From Gammaproteobacteria bacterium (GTDB lineage: Bacteria > Pseudomonadota > Gammaproteobacteria > Arenicellales > Poriferihabitantaceae): a DNA stretch of 59,605 nucleotides. Position 1 is the stretch's first letter; the number at the start of each line of letters is the position of its first letter. This document shows, piece after piece, positions 7,307 through 16,221 of this stretch. The translations under genes were made by a program, and so were the position numbers. Below the pieces are notes generated by a model. That model did no database searches. It was not told the origin of the DNA and worked only from the letters and a program-made list of their open reading frames with translations. The stretch spans positions 1 through 59,605 of the forward strand of contig JAUVBY010000004.1 of the NCBI GenBank assembly GCA_030590945.1, in the 5' to 3' direction.

Positions 7307-7391
7307 ACTGGCCGTCTTACCCGCGGAGGCGGGTGTCCATAATACTGCTAGAGACTGGTTTATAGATTCCCGCCTGCGCGGGAATGACGTT
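7307..7391 (-). repeat. 85-bp REP doublet (GTCATTCCCGCG...GCGGGAATC family), copy 1
   Basis: Reverse complement aligns end to end with 29169-29253 and 31590-31674. Confidence 0.9.
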
Positions 7392-7506
7392 CAAACCGGA
7401 CAGAATGCTGATAAGCATAAGTTGAATTCCTTAAGATTCTCCCTGTATCACGCGGGCCTTTAGGGACGCGCGATGTGGTTCTCTTCGCGGAAATCCGGCT
7501 GCTTTG

Positions 7507-8415
7507 CTATAGAGCGTTGATGGTCTTTTGCAAGCCTAACTGGTTTCGGCGTTCCCGGTGCTTGCTGTCAAGATATTCGGATTCACTCATCTCATTAAGC
7601 TGCGGAAATTTCTCGGTGCGTTTAAACCAGTCGTGCAATTGCGCCTCGTAACGTTTTTCCGTGTTCGTTTCGGTGAATCTGTCAAAAAACGTCATGAAAG
7701 CAAAATAATATCTGACCAGGTTGCGTTCAGCAACGCCTTCAGCGCCGCTCGAATAGACCGGATTGCCCTGTGCATCGCCTTCGGTTACCTTAATACCTTT
7801 TTTATCCTTGCCCAGCGTCGAAAGGTATACGTTCATGCCCTTGCGGCTAATCCAGCTTTGATGGTTTGCTACAAAGATCCGGCCGAATGTTTTACCGTCA
7901 ATATTGGTAAACTCCAATTTAATCTGGTAGTCACTCGTACTTAGCGGGCCTTCGTCTGCGTGTGCAATTGCTGCGAAATAGTTATCCGTGCTGATCGTTT
8001 TAAAACTATAAACAAGCTCGAATGCCTCATCCGGCGTTTGGTAGTGTTTTCGGCCCATGTACAGGGTCATTTCGTTACCTGCGAGATTGTAAGTGCAGGT
8101 TTTTACATTGATATGCAAAGGCAGAATGTTGCACCAGTTTCCAAGTGTGCCTAGTGCGCTGGATACTTCTTTCACGCTGAGTGGTATATATACGGCGGCT
8201 TCGCCCGATTCGATTTCTTTTGTATTTTCTGCCTGGAGATAAAAGGGGTTTTCAGGGCTCGGGTTATCTAAGGTGTTTTTTGCGCGTTCGTACAGGGCAC
8301 GCATGGCTAATACCGGATCACTATTCGGCGTGACCGCCAGTATCGGGGTTTGGATGCTTAACACCAACGCCATGCACAGGCTTGCTCGCCAGAAGGCGTA
8401 TAAGCGGACCCTCAC
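7507..8415 (-). CDS. Hypothetical exported protein
   Basis: 302-aa ORF with signal peptide, 2 nt downstream of the nhaA stop; WCNILPLHINVKTC and GVAERNLVRYY blocks. Confidence 0.8.
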   Translation of the reverse strand: MRVRLYAFWRASLCMALVLSIQTPILAVTPNSDPVLAMRALYERAKNTLDNPSPENPFYLQAENTKEIESGEAAVYIPLSVKEVSSALGTLGNWCNILPLHINVKTCTYNLAGNEMTLYMGRKHYQTPDEAFELVYSFKTISTDNYFAAIAHADEGPLSTSDYQIKLEFTNIDGKTFGRIFVANHQSWISRKGMNVYLSTLGKDKKGIKVTEGDAQGNPVYSSGAEGVAERNLVRYYFAFMTFFDRFTETNTEKRYEAQLHDWFKRTEKFPQLNEMSESEYLDSKHRERRNQLGLQKTINAL

Positions 8416-8417
8416 AA

Positions 8418-9809
8418 CTAAGACCGGGAGTGAGCTGGTTCCGGCTTACTGACAAGAAAGAGCCAGACATATCCTGCCACACCTGCCAGCAAAGAGGCCG
8501 CCAGTATGCCTGTTTTTGCCATCAGAAGCAGATCCTCCCGTTCTCCAAAACCCAGTTGGGCCACAAATATGGACATGGTGAAGCCGATGCCTGCCAGTAA
8601 TGATACGCCGGCGATTTGCGTAAATCGAGTTCCCTTAGGCAACTGGGCGTAGCCCAATTTCAGTACCAGCCAGCTAAACCCGGTAATGCCGACAAACTTG
8701 CCCACCACCAGCCCCAGTGAAACGCCGATTAAAACCGGGTGTTTCATCGTTTCACTGAGCGAATCAAATTCCAGCGGGATGCCGGCATTAACCAGCGCAA
8801 ATATTGGAATAACCAGATAAGCCACAGGCAGATGCCAGATGTGCTCGAGCCGTTGCAGGGGTGCTTCAACGCTGTGTACACCGTTGCCCAGCGTTTGTAC
8901 TACACCACGTAGGGATTCATTGGTCATGATGCTTTTTCCGCGCTGATGGCTGGCATCAAATTTGTGCATCAGATCAGTGACGCATTCACTGAAGCGTTGC
9001 GGGTCAAATTTAGGTGTCGCAGGAACCGTCATGGCACCCAGGATGCCCGCGATGGTGGCGTGAACACCCGATTGCAGCAGGGCATACCACAGGAAAACTG
9101 CAAGGATGAAATAGGGCATGGTCGTGCGGATTCCGATCATATTTAGCGCCAGCAGCAAAGCGAACAACGCACCTGCAACCATTAATGGCGCCATCGCAAT
9201 GCTCTCCGTATAGAAAAAAGCGATTACCATGACCGCGCCCAGATCATCCACAATGGCCAGTGCCACCAGAAATGTAATCAGTGCTTTGGGAACCCTACTC
9301 GCAAGCAGCGCGAGTGCACCGACCGCAAACGCAATATCAGTAGCCATGGGTACGCCCCAACCGAGTGCGGCATCGCCACTGGGGTTAATCGCAAAGTAGA
9401 TCAATGCGGGCACTACCATGCCGCCAATAGCGGCCGCGATAGGCATCGTGGCCTTTCGTGGGTCGGCTAACTCACCAACCAGGAACTCACGTTTAAGCTC
9501 CAGTCCGACAACAAAAAAGAAAAAAACCATGAGGCCGTCATTAACCCAATGTTGCAGCGTCATTTTCAGCGTCCACTCACCGACACCGATGCCTATATAG
9601 GTGTGAATAACCTTACTGTATGCCTCGGCGTATGGCCCATTGGCCAGAATAAGCGCAAGTATTGCCATGCCCATGAGCAGTAGTCCACTGGTGGTCTGGC
9701 GATGTATGAACTCTTCGAATGGCGTAAGAATCTTGTCGAAACTTTTCTCCCAGGGAGCATGGTAAACGCCGTCTTGTTGGCCGGTTTCGGGGTGGTTTGG
9801 TTTGCTCAT
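8418..9809 (-). CDS. nhaA: Na+/H+ antiporter NhaA
   Basis: WVNDGLM, GLELKRE, PMATDIAFA, LAIVDDL and GIGFTMSIF motifs. Confidence 0.97.
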   Translation of the reverse strand: MSKPNHPETGQQDGVYHAPWEKSFDKILTPFEEFIHRQTTSGLLLMGMAILALILANGPYAEAYSKVIHTYIGIGVGEWTLKMTLQHWVNDGLMVFFFFVVGLELKREFLVGELADPRKATMPIAAAIGGMVVPALIYFAINPSGDAALGWGVPMATDIAFAVGALALLASRVPKALITFLVALAIVDDLGAVMVIAFFYTESIAMAPLMVAGALFALLLALNMIGIRTTMPYFILAVFLWYALLQSGVHATIAGILGAMTVPATPKFDPQRFSECVTDLMHKFDASHQRGKSIMTNESLRGVVQTLGNGVHSVEAPLQRLEHIWHLPVAYLVIPIFALVNAGIPLEFDSLSETMKHPVLIGVSLGLVVGKFVGITGFSWLVLKLGYAQLPKGTRFTQIAGVSLLAGIGFTMSIFVAQLGFGEREDLLLMAKTGILAASLLAGVAGYVWLFLVSKPEPAHSRS

Positions 9810-9907
9810 GCTGTTTGTGCTTACGGAGGTGGGTGGTGTGTAGTGAAAATTTAGGTAATAATTATGCCATAAAAGGGGAGGGAGCAGATGTGGTTCACAT
9901 AGCGTAC

Positions 9908-9996
9908 CGCATCAATTTTTTGCAATGTACGCATCTTTATAGGGCATTGTCAGGCCAGGGTGTCAGCTTCATCAATCTATTGGAAAATTTAGCGCA
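9908..9996 (+). promoter_or_regulatory. Possible tandem NtrC-like boxes and weak sigma54-type -24/-12 upstream of glnK-amtB
   Basis: CGCATCAATTTTTTGCA (9908-9924) and CGCATCTTTATAGGGCA (9930-9946); GG-N10-GC at 9982-9995; matches are imperfect. Confidence 0.35.
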
Positions 9997-10128
9997 GCTA
10001 TTAATAACTTGGGGTCGCTTGAACAGGCAGAAAATCCTATAGTATGGCGGATACAAATTTAATTACGAAAAACACGAAAGCCACGAACTAATTATTTGCT
10101 ACGTTTTGTGGTAAATACCTTTCTCTGA

Positions 10129-10488
<360 letters not shown>

Positions 10489-10489
10489 C

Positions 10490-11785
10490 ATGAAATCATT
10501 GGCTACAGGCCTGGCCGTTTTAGCGGCTCCACAAATAGCATTAGCGGCTGACATTGACACGGGCGATACGGCCTGGATTCTCACATCTACGGCGCTGGTG
10601 TTATTTATGACCTTGCCCGGTCTGGCGCTGTTTTATGGCGGCTTGACGCGCAGCCGAAACGTTTTATCAATTTTGATGCAGTGTTTTGTGATTGCGGGAA
10701 TTGCGTCCATTGTCTGGTTGGTGGCGGGTTATAGCCTGGCTTTTACTGATGGCGGTAGCGCGAACGCGTATATTGGAGGCCTGGGAAAAGTTCTGTTTGC
10801 AGGCGTGTTGGAGAGATCGGTAGAAGGTACCATTCCGGAAACGGCCTTCGCCTTATTTCAAATGACGTTTGCGATCATTACGCCGGCGTTGGTCATCGGT
10901 GGTTTTGCTGAAAGAATCAAGTTTTCTGTGGTGCTGTGGTTTACGGTATTGTGGTTGTTTCTGGTTTACATTCCAATCACTCATTGGGTATGGGGCGGTG
11001 GCTGGTTGGCCCAGATGGGTTTGCTGGATTTTGCGGGCGGCACAGTGGTACATATCACCGCGGGTACCGCAGCATTAGTAGCAGCACTGGTGGTGGGGCC
11101 GCGCACCGGTTTTGGAAAAACGCCGATGCCCCCGCACAATATGACGCTTACCGTGGCCGGTGCAGGTATGTTATGGGTGGGTTGGTTCGGTTTTAACGGG
11201 GGCAGTGCGCTTGCCGCTAACGGTGATGCTGCGATGGCGATGCTGGTAACGCATATTTCAGCCGCGACCGGTGCGATAACCTGGATGTTTATCGAGTGGA
11301 AAAAGTTCGGCAAACCAACCGCACTGGGCGTGGTTACCGGCATGGTCGCAGGTCTCGGTACGATCACGCCTGCATCTGGTTTTGTGGGGCCGGCCGGCGC
11401 GCTGGTGATTGGTTTACTGGCGGGCCTGGTATGCTTTAACGCGACCATGTTCCTCAAAAACAAACTGAAAATAGATGATTCTCTCGATGTGTTTCCGGTA
11501 CACGGGGTGGGCGGCATTGTCGGTACCTTACTAGCCGCGGTGTTTGCTGCGCCAACCCTGGGGGTATTTGCCGGTCAGGGGTTTGCAGAAGGGGTCAACA
11601 GTATATCCCAGCAGTTCTCAATACAGATGATTGGCGTGATTTCGGTGCTGTTGTATACCGCGGTTGTTACCTTCGTAATTTTTAAGGTGATTGCGGTTCT
11701 GACCAAAGGTCTGCGCGTCTCAGAAGACGAAGAATCGGAAGGCCTTGATATCGTATCGCACGAAGAGCGGGGTTATGATTTGTAA
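10490..11785 (+). CDS. amtB: Ammonium transporter AmtB
   Basis: GDTAW, FQMTFAIITPAL, DFAGGTVVH, GWFGFNGGS, DDSLDVFPVHG; ATG at 10490. Confidence 0.97.
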   Translation: MKSLATGLAVLAAPQIALAADIDTGDTAWILTSTALVLFMTLPGLALFYGGLTRSRNVLSILMQCFVIAGIASIVWLVAGYSLAFTDGGSANAYIGGLGKVLFAGVLERSVEGTIPETAFALFQMTFAIITPALVIGGFAERIKFSVVLWFTVLWLFLVYIPITHWVWGGGWLAQMGLLDFAGGTVVHITAGTAALVAALVVGPRTGFGKTPMPPHNMTLTVAGAGMLWVGWFGFNGGSALAANGDAAMAMLVTHISAATGAITWMFIEWKKFGKPTALGVVTGMVAGLGTITPASGFVGPAGALVIGLLAGLVCFNATMFLKNKLKIDDSLDVFPVHGVGGIVGTLLAAVFAAPTLGVFAGQGFAEGVNSISQQFSIQMIGVISVLLYTAVVTFVIFKVIAVLTKGLRVSEDEESEGLDIVSHEERGYDL

Positions 11786-11817
11786 TTTTCCGTAGGCTAT
11801 TTCTTGCAACGGGCAAT

Positions 11818-11852
11818 AAAAAGGCCATCCAGAAACTGGATGGCCTTTTTTT
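11818..11852. terminator. Bidirectional terminator between convergent genes
   Basis: AAAAAGGCCATCCAG-AAA-CTGGATGGCCTTTTTTT. Confidence 0.9.
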
Positions 11853-11872
11853 ATCGTAATGAACCTGTTGAA

Positions 11873-12157
11873 TTAACAGCCCACGATCCGTGCATACGCG
11901 CCCAGATTGCTGATGGATTCAACCAGCCTTACGGCTTTGGTCTCCTGGCTGCAATAATCGACCATCAGAATGGCGGGTTTTACCCGTGTAAATTTTGCAT
12001 CTGATACGCCTGACATGGCTTTAACCGAATCGATGAGCGCGTCTCTATCGAGTTCCCTGCTGCCGTTTTGCACCCAGATGATGGCCATGCAAGACCGGGC
12101 ATTGACTGCTTCAGTGCGTGCGCTATGGTTGCTTTCACTTATTTGCTGGATTCCCAT
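11873..12157 (-). CDS. Small hypothetical protein, HMA/ferredoxin-like fold
   Basis: GVSDA...LMVDY...ARIVGC pattern. Confidence 0.6.
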   Translation of the reverse strand: MGIQQISESNHSARTEAVNARSCMAIIWVQNGSRELDRDALIDSVKAMSGVSDAKFTRVKPAILMVDYCSQETKAVRLVESISNLGAYARIVGC

Positions 12158-12293
12158 GATTTTTCCTCTTGTGATCAAACGGTGTCATTACCGTTTCATC
12201 TATATTGAGGCGGGAGCAATTTGCATTCCGTGAGAAACAACACATTTTTTTACAAAAGCACGCGGTTTAAGCCAGTTTCGTGCGTTTTATAGT

Positions 12294-12737
12294 TTAATTT
12301 GCGGCTGCATCGGTAAATTTCTTGAGTGCCCCGGTCATTTTCTGAACCACTTTTTCCCGGTCAGTGATGCCGTAGCGTGAGACCATCCAGGCCGGGTCAT
12401 TGTATGCGATCGTGACCACACCATTATCATCTTCCCAGGCGATGACTTTAATTGGCAGGTCAAGCCCAATGGCCTGATTGCTTTTCATCAGGGCGGTGCC
12501 GACTTTAGGATTGCCAAAAATCAATACTTCGGTCGGATTCAGTGTTTGCCCGCTTTTCTCAGCGGCTTTGGCGTGGTTTACGCGTGCCACGATTTTGAAA
12601 CCTTTAGACGTCACGATAGCCTCCAGTTTGTCCAGAGTTTCTTTGACGCTGTGCGTGCTGGTTTTAGTGACGATACCGCTGGCGAAGCTGAAGCTGGAGA
12701 AGCTCAGCAGACAAATAGTGATGAGTAATTTTTTCAT
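12294..12737 (-). CDS. DUF302 domain protein with signal peptide
   Basis: ARVNHA, VLIFGNPKVGT, GLDLPIK motifs. Confidence 0.9.
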   Translation of the reverse strand: MKKLLITICLLSFSSFSFASGIVTKTSTHSVKETLDKLEAIVTSKGFKIVARVNHAKAAEKSGQTLNPTEVLIFGNPKVGTALMKSNQAIGLDLPIKVIAWEDDNGVVTIAYNDPAWMVSRYGITDREKVVQKMTGALKKFTDAAAN

Positions 12738-12913
12738 TGTCGAATCCTCTGAATTAAATTATTGATTAGGATGGGATTAGTCACCCGGCGCGAAATTAAG
12801 TTCCCACAAAAGTGATGTCAGGCAGGATTTTAGCTGAAAACTGGCGAGATACGCTTAGGCTATGCAGGTGTTTTGCGATAGTATAGGGTGAATCAAATTA
12901 AACGGGAACCCCA

Positions 12914-13306
12914 ATGCGAAAACAGATTTGGATGCTGATAATTTTTCTTGCGCCGGCCATTGTATCTGCGCAGAGTAACTCTGGTATGTCGGAAGATATG
13001 AAGAAAATGATGGAGCAAGCCGTGAAAGCTCAGGCGTGTATGCAGGATATCGATACTTCAGAGTTTGAAAAGCTCGAGCAGGACGGAAAGAAGATGGAAG
13101 CTGAAATTAAAGCTTTATGTAATAGCGGTAAACAGGAGAAGGCGCAGGATCAGGCGATTGCCTATAGCAAGGAAATGATGGCCTTACCAGCGATGAAAAA
13201 AATGCGCGAATGCAGCGAATTGATGCGTGGCATGCTCCCGAAAATGCCCTTTGATAATTTTGAAGAAGAGTTTAAGAACAAGAATATATGTGACGAGATC
13301 CAATAA
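12914..13306 (+). CDS. Hypothetical exported helical protein
   Basis: Signal peptide, Met/Gln-rich, four Cys. Confidence 0.75.
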   Translation: MRKQIWMLIIFLAPAIVSAQSNSGMSEDMKKMMEQAVKAQACMQDIDTSEFEKLEQDGKKMEAEIKALCNSGKQEKAQDQAIAYSKEMMALPAMKKMRECSELMRGMLPKMPFDNFEEEFKNKNICDEIQ

Positions 13307-13361
13307 TTCAGTCAGCGTATCAATGGCCTGGTACGGCTCACATCTAATTTCATACTAAAAT

Positions 13362-14246
13362 ATGCGTTTTTTTAAAACCTATTTCCCCGGGTTTATCGTA
13401 TTGCTGCTTGTGGTAGCGGTCAGCCCGGTGCAGGGTGGGGGCGGCGACTGGAAAATGGGGCCATTTGGGCCTTATTGGGACGATAACAGCTGGCCTGAGT
13501 TTACGCCCATGTACTGGATGGAAGAGTTCATGAATCGGCTGGATGATGATGATGACGAGATTCAGGCCTGGATGCTCAGAAATCAGTATCCCGGTCAATA
13601 CTCCGGAACGAACCGGTCAGGTGCCTACCCTGGAGAGGGTCTACAGCCCGATACCTGGACGGGTTCTGGAACCCGGTTTGCACCGGGAACGTATACGGCT
13701 CCGAATAGTAATCCTCCCTCTGGAAATACCTATATTTTTGGTGGAAATAATCCATCGACGGGCGAATCCCGAAGTGATTCCCGGGGCGATTCGGGGCCGT
13801 TACCGTATTTGAGTCCGGAAGAATTCGCGCGCATGCCTGTCGAATTGCAGCGTGAATTCCGGCGCGCCTTTGACCGGGAATATCCCATCGCTTCAAGCCC
13901 GGAACAGGATGCTAATCGCAAACCATTACCCCGTTTAACACGGCAGGAATTTGCGCGTATGCCGTCAGAATTGCAACGTGAGTATAAACGCGCTTACGAG
14001 CGTGAATATCCGCAATCAGCGCAACAACGACCCATACCAACTCAGGGGCGCAGGCCTTTACCAAACCTGACCCCGCAGGAATACGCGCGCATGCCGGCTG
14101 ATCTACAACGCGAGTACAAGCAGGCGTTTGATCGTGAGTATGCGGATTATCGGGCCAGGGCCAGAGATACTGATCGGTATCGTAGTGCGCCTAAAAACAA
14201 TTGGCCTAAAAACAGTTGTAGTTCCAAGGGCTGCTTTTTCGATTGA
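13362..14246 (+). CDS. Exported low-complexity protein with three internal helical repeats
   Basis: Signal peptide, WPEFTPMYWMEEF block, G/P/S/Y-rich linker, 3x LPxL(S/T)xxE(F/Y)ARMPx(E/D)LQRE(F/Y)xxA(F/Y)xREY. Confidence 0.8.
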   Translation: MRFFKTYFPGFIVLLLVVAVSPVQGGGGDWKMGPFGPYWDDNSWPEFTPMYWMEEFMNRLDDDDDEIQAWMLRNQYPGQYSGTNRSGAYPGEGLQPDTWTGSGTRFAPGTYTAPNSNPPSGNTYIFGGNNPSTGESRSDSRGDSGPLPYLSPEEFARMPVELQREFRRAFDREYPIASSPEQDANRKPLPRLTRQEFARMPSELQREYKRAYEREYPQSAQQRPIPTQGRRPLPNLTPQEYARMPADLQREYKQAFDREYADYRARARDTDRYRSAPKNNWPKNSCSSKGCFFD

Positions 14247-14252
14247 TTAATT

Positions 14253-16010
14253 TCAATCGTGCCCCGTCCCTTTGAATCCCTGGGCGTTAGCCGTTTCTTC
14301 GCTGCGCAATTCCAGCACCGTTTGCATATACGCTTCGATCAGGTCAGCTTCGTAAACGATGCCGCTGAGCTTCCCGCTTTTTTTATCGACGATGGGAACG
14401 CTTTCGCCCACAAAACCTTTTATCTCGCGCATGGCGTCCCAGATAGACGTGTCGGGCCCAAAACGCAGGCCATGCCGGTTTACTAAATCTTCTACTGCCA
14501 TAAGCGTCGCATCAGTGGCTGAATGTTTAACCAGTGCGGTGAGCGTGACGCTGCCAATAAAGTGCTGCCCGGTATCTACCACAAATGCTTCATTGGTTTC
14601 ATCTTCAACCAGTAGATCGATGCTGGCTTGAATGGTCATATCCGGCTTTACTCGAGAGCAGGCACGCCGCCCGATGTTGGCGATGCTGGTGGTGGATAAT
14701 ATGAGCGGATCGCGGCCATGGCTTAGATCATAGCCCCGGCTTTTGAGCTGAAAATCAAATAAAGAGCGGCCAAACAGGCGATACGCGATGATGTTTGAAA
14801 ATACCACGCTAATCATTACGGCGGTGGTCAGCTCATAATTATGTGTGAGTTCAAATATGATCAGGATGGTGGTCAGCGGCGCACCAATAATGGGGCTGGT
14901 AACCGCAGCCATACCACATACGGCATACACTGCGATGTTTGAGTAGGGAAACAGTAGCTCGACCCCCATGCCAAACAGGGTGCCGAATAATACGCCAATC
15001 AGCAGGGCGGGGCTGAATACTCCTCCGGCAAAACCGAAACCAAGGCACAAGGCAGCCGCAACAATTTTAGCGATTAACAGCGTGGCTATCTCGATAGCAG
15101 AGGATGGCGGGGAGTACAGGGTCAGGCGCATCACGCCATCACCTACGCCCAGTATTTCCGGTATTTTCAAAGCCAGTACCCCGATGCACAAACCGGCAAT
15201 CATGGGTTTGAATTTTTGTGGTAACGGCAGGCGGGCGCTTAATAAATTGGCGTAAAGCACCGTTCGTAAAAAAAACACGGCGAGCAATCCCGCGAAAATA
15301 CCAATCACAGTAAAGCCGGCAAATTCCGCCAGATATAAGATTTGTACAAACTCCATCTGGAACAGGTGTTCCGAATAAAATACGAACTTGGACAAATAAA
15401 AGCCGACTGCTGCGGCCACGGTGATGGGTGCAAACGCACGCAGCGAGTTATGGCGCAGAATGACTTCGTGTGCAAATATGATGCCCGCAATGGGCGCATG
15501 AAAGGCGCTGGAAATGGCGGCTGCGACCCCGCAGCCTATCAATACGGTTTGCTCGGTGCGCGTAATGTTGTGCAGGTGTGCGCTAAGCGTGGCGCCCATG
15601 TTAACAATGGGGCCGTATTGGCCCAACGATGCACCACTGACCAGGCTGATGATGCTGGCGATGAAATTCAGTGCGCCGTCTTTGAGTTTCAGATGGGCCA
15701 GTTTGAGGTTTGACTGGGCAGCGAGAATGACATCCGCGGGGTTGTGTGGCCTTTGTGAGCTCATAAATTGCACTATATGGCCCACAATCAGCCCGCCGAC
15801 GGCAGGAATGCCCACGATCATCAATACGGCAATGGCGCCCGGGTGGGTGTTTTCAAATTCGATGATTCGATGCCCGCCGAATGAAATGAATTTGATCATT
15901 GCCAGCGCGACTAGCGATGAAGAACTGCCGACCAGCAGGCCGACCAGCAGTACACGCAGTACGCGCGAAATCAGGTCGACGCTGGTCTGGATGAGGAGGG
16001 TATCGCGCAT
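14253..16010 (-). CDS. ClC-family chloride channel/transporter with C-terminal CBS pair
   Basis: GASLGQYGP, AFHAPIAG and GGVFSPAL motifs; Y in place of the gating Glu. Confidence 0.92.
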   Translation of the reverse strand: MRDTLLIQTSVDLISRVLRVLLVGLLVGSSSSLVALAMIKFISFGGHRIIEFENTHPGAIAVLMIVGIPAVGGLIVGHIVQFMSSQRPHNPADVILAAQSNLKLAHLKLKDGALNFIASIISLVSGASLGQYGPIVNMGATLSAHLHNITRTEQTVLIGCGVAAAISSAFHAPIAGIIFAHEVILRHNSLRAFAPITVAAAVGFYLSKFVFYSEHLFQMEFVQILYLAEFAGFTVIGIFAGLLAVFFLRTVLYANLLSARLPLPQKFKPMIAGLCIGVLALKIPEILGVGDGVMRLTLYSPPSSAIEIATLLIAKIVAAALCLGFGFAGGVFSPALLIGVLFGTLFGMGVELLFPYSNIAVYAVCGMAAVTSPIIGAPLTTILIIFELTHNYELTTAVMISVVFSNIIAYRLFGRSLFDFQLKSRGYDLSHGRDPLILSTTSIANIGRRACSRVKPDMTIQASIDLLVEDETNEAFVVDTGQHFIGSVTLTALVKHSATDATLMAVEDLVNRHGLRFGPDTSIWDAMREIKGFVGESVPIVDKKSGKLSGIVYEADLIEAYMQTVLELRSEETANAQGFKGTGHD

Positions 16011-16045
16011 GGATGCAGTTTACACGGCACCGGAGTGCGGCTTTA

Positions 16046-16205
16046 GGGCGCCTATATTAATTCTGGATGCGCCAGCTTAAGATTAGAAAAGTTCAAGGTC
16101 AAGGCGCAATCCGTACATAATAGCCTGGCTATTGCGAAGGATTGGAACGCAGAGATTGAGTTTTTCTGGCTTAAAATGGTCATTCATGAATTATTAGAGG
16201 TGCCC
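16046..16205. mobile_element. MITE-like element (160 bp) with terminal inverted repeats
   Basis: Left GGGCGCCTATATTAATTC versus right (reverse complement) GGGCACCTCTAATAATTC; internal palindrome AATAGCCTGGCTATT. Confidence 0.65.
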
Positions 16206-16221
16206 TTTATGCCTTTAGAAT

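Noticed and set aside
7272-7463. 63-aa ORF, and likewise 31575..31832
   Set aside because: They read through REP doublets (PAEAG/DSRLRGND-type peptides), a known annotation artefact
13800-14143. Repeats in the 294-aa protein as DGR template/variable repeats
   Set aside because: Differences are mostly synonymous and not adenine-specific; no RT nearby
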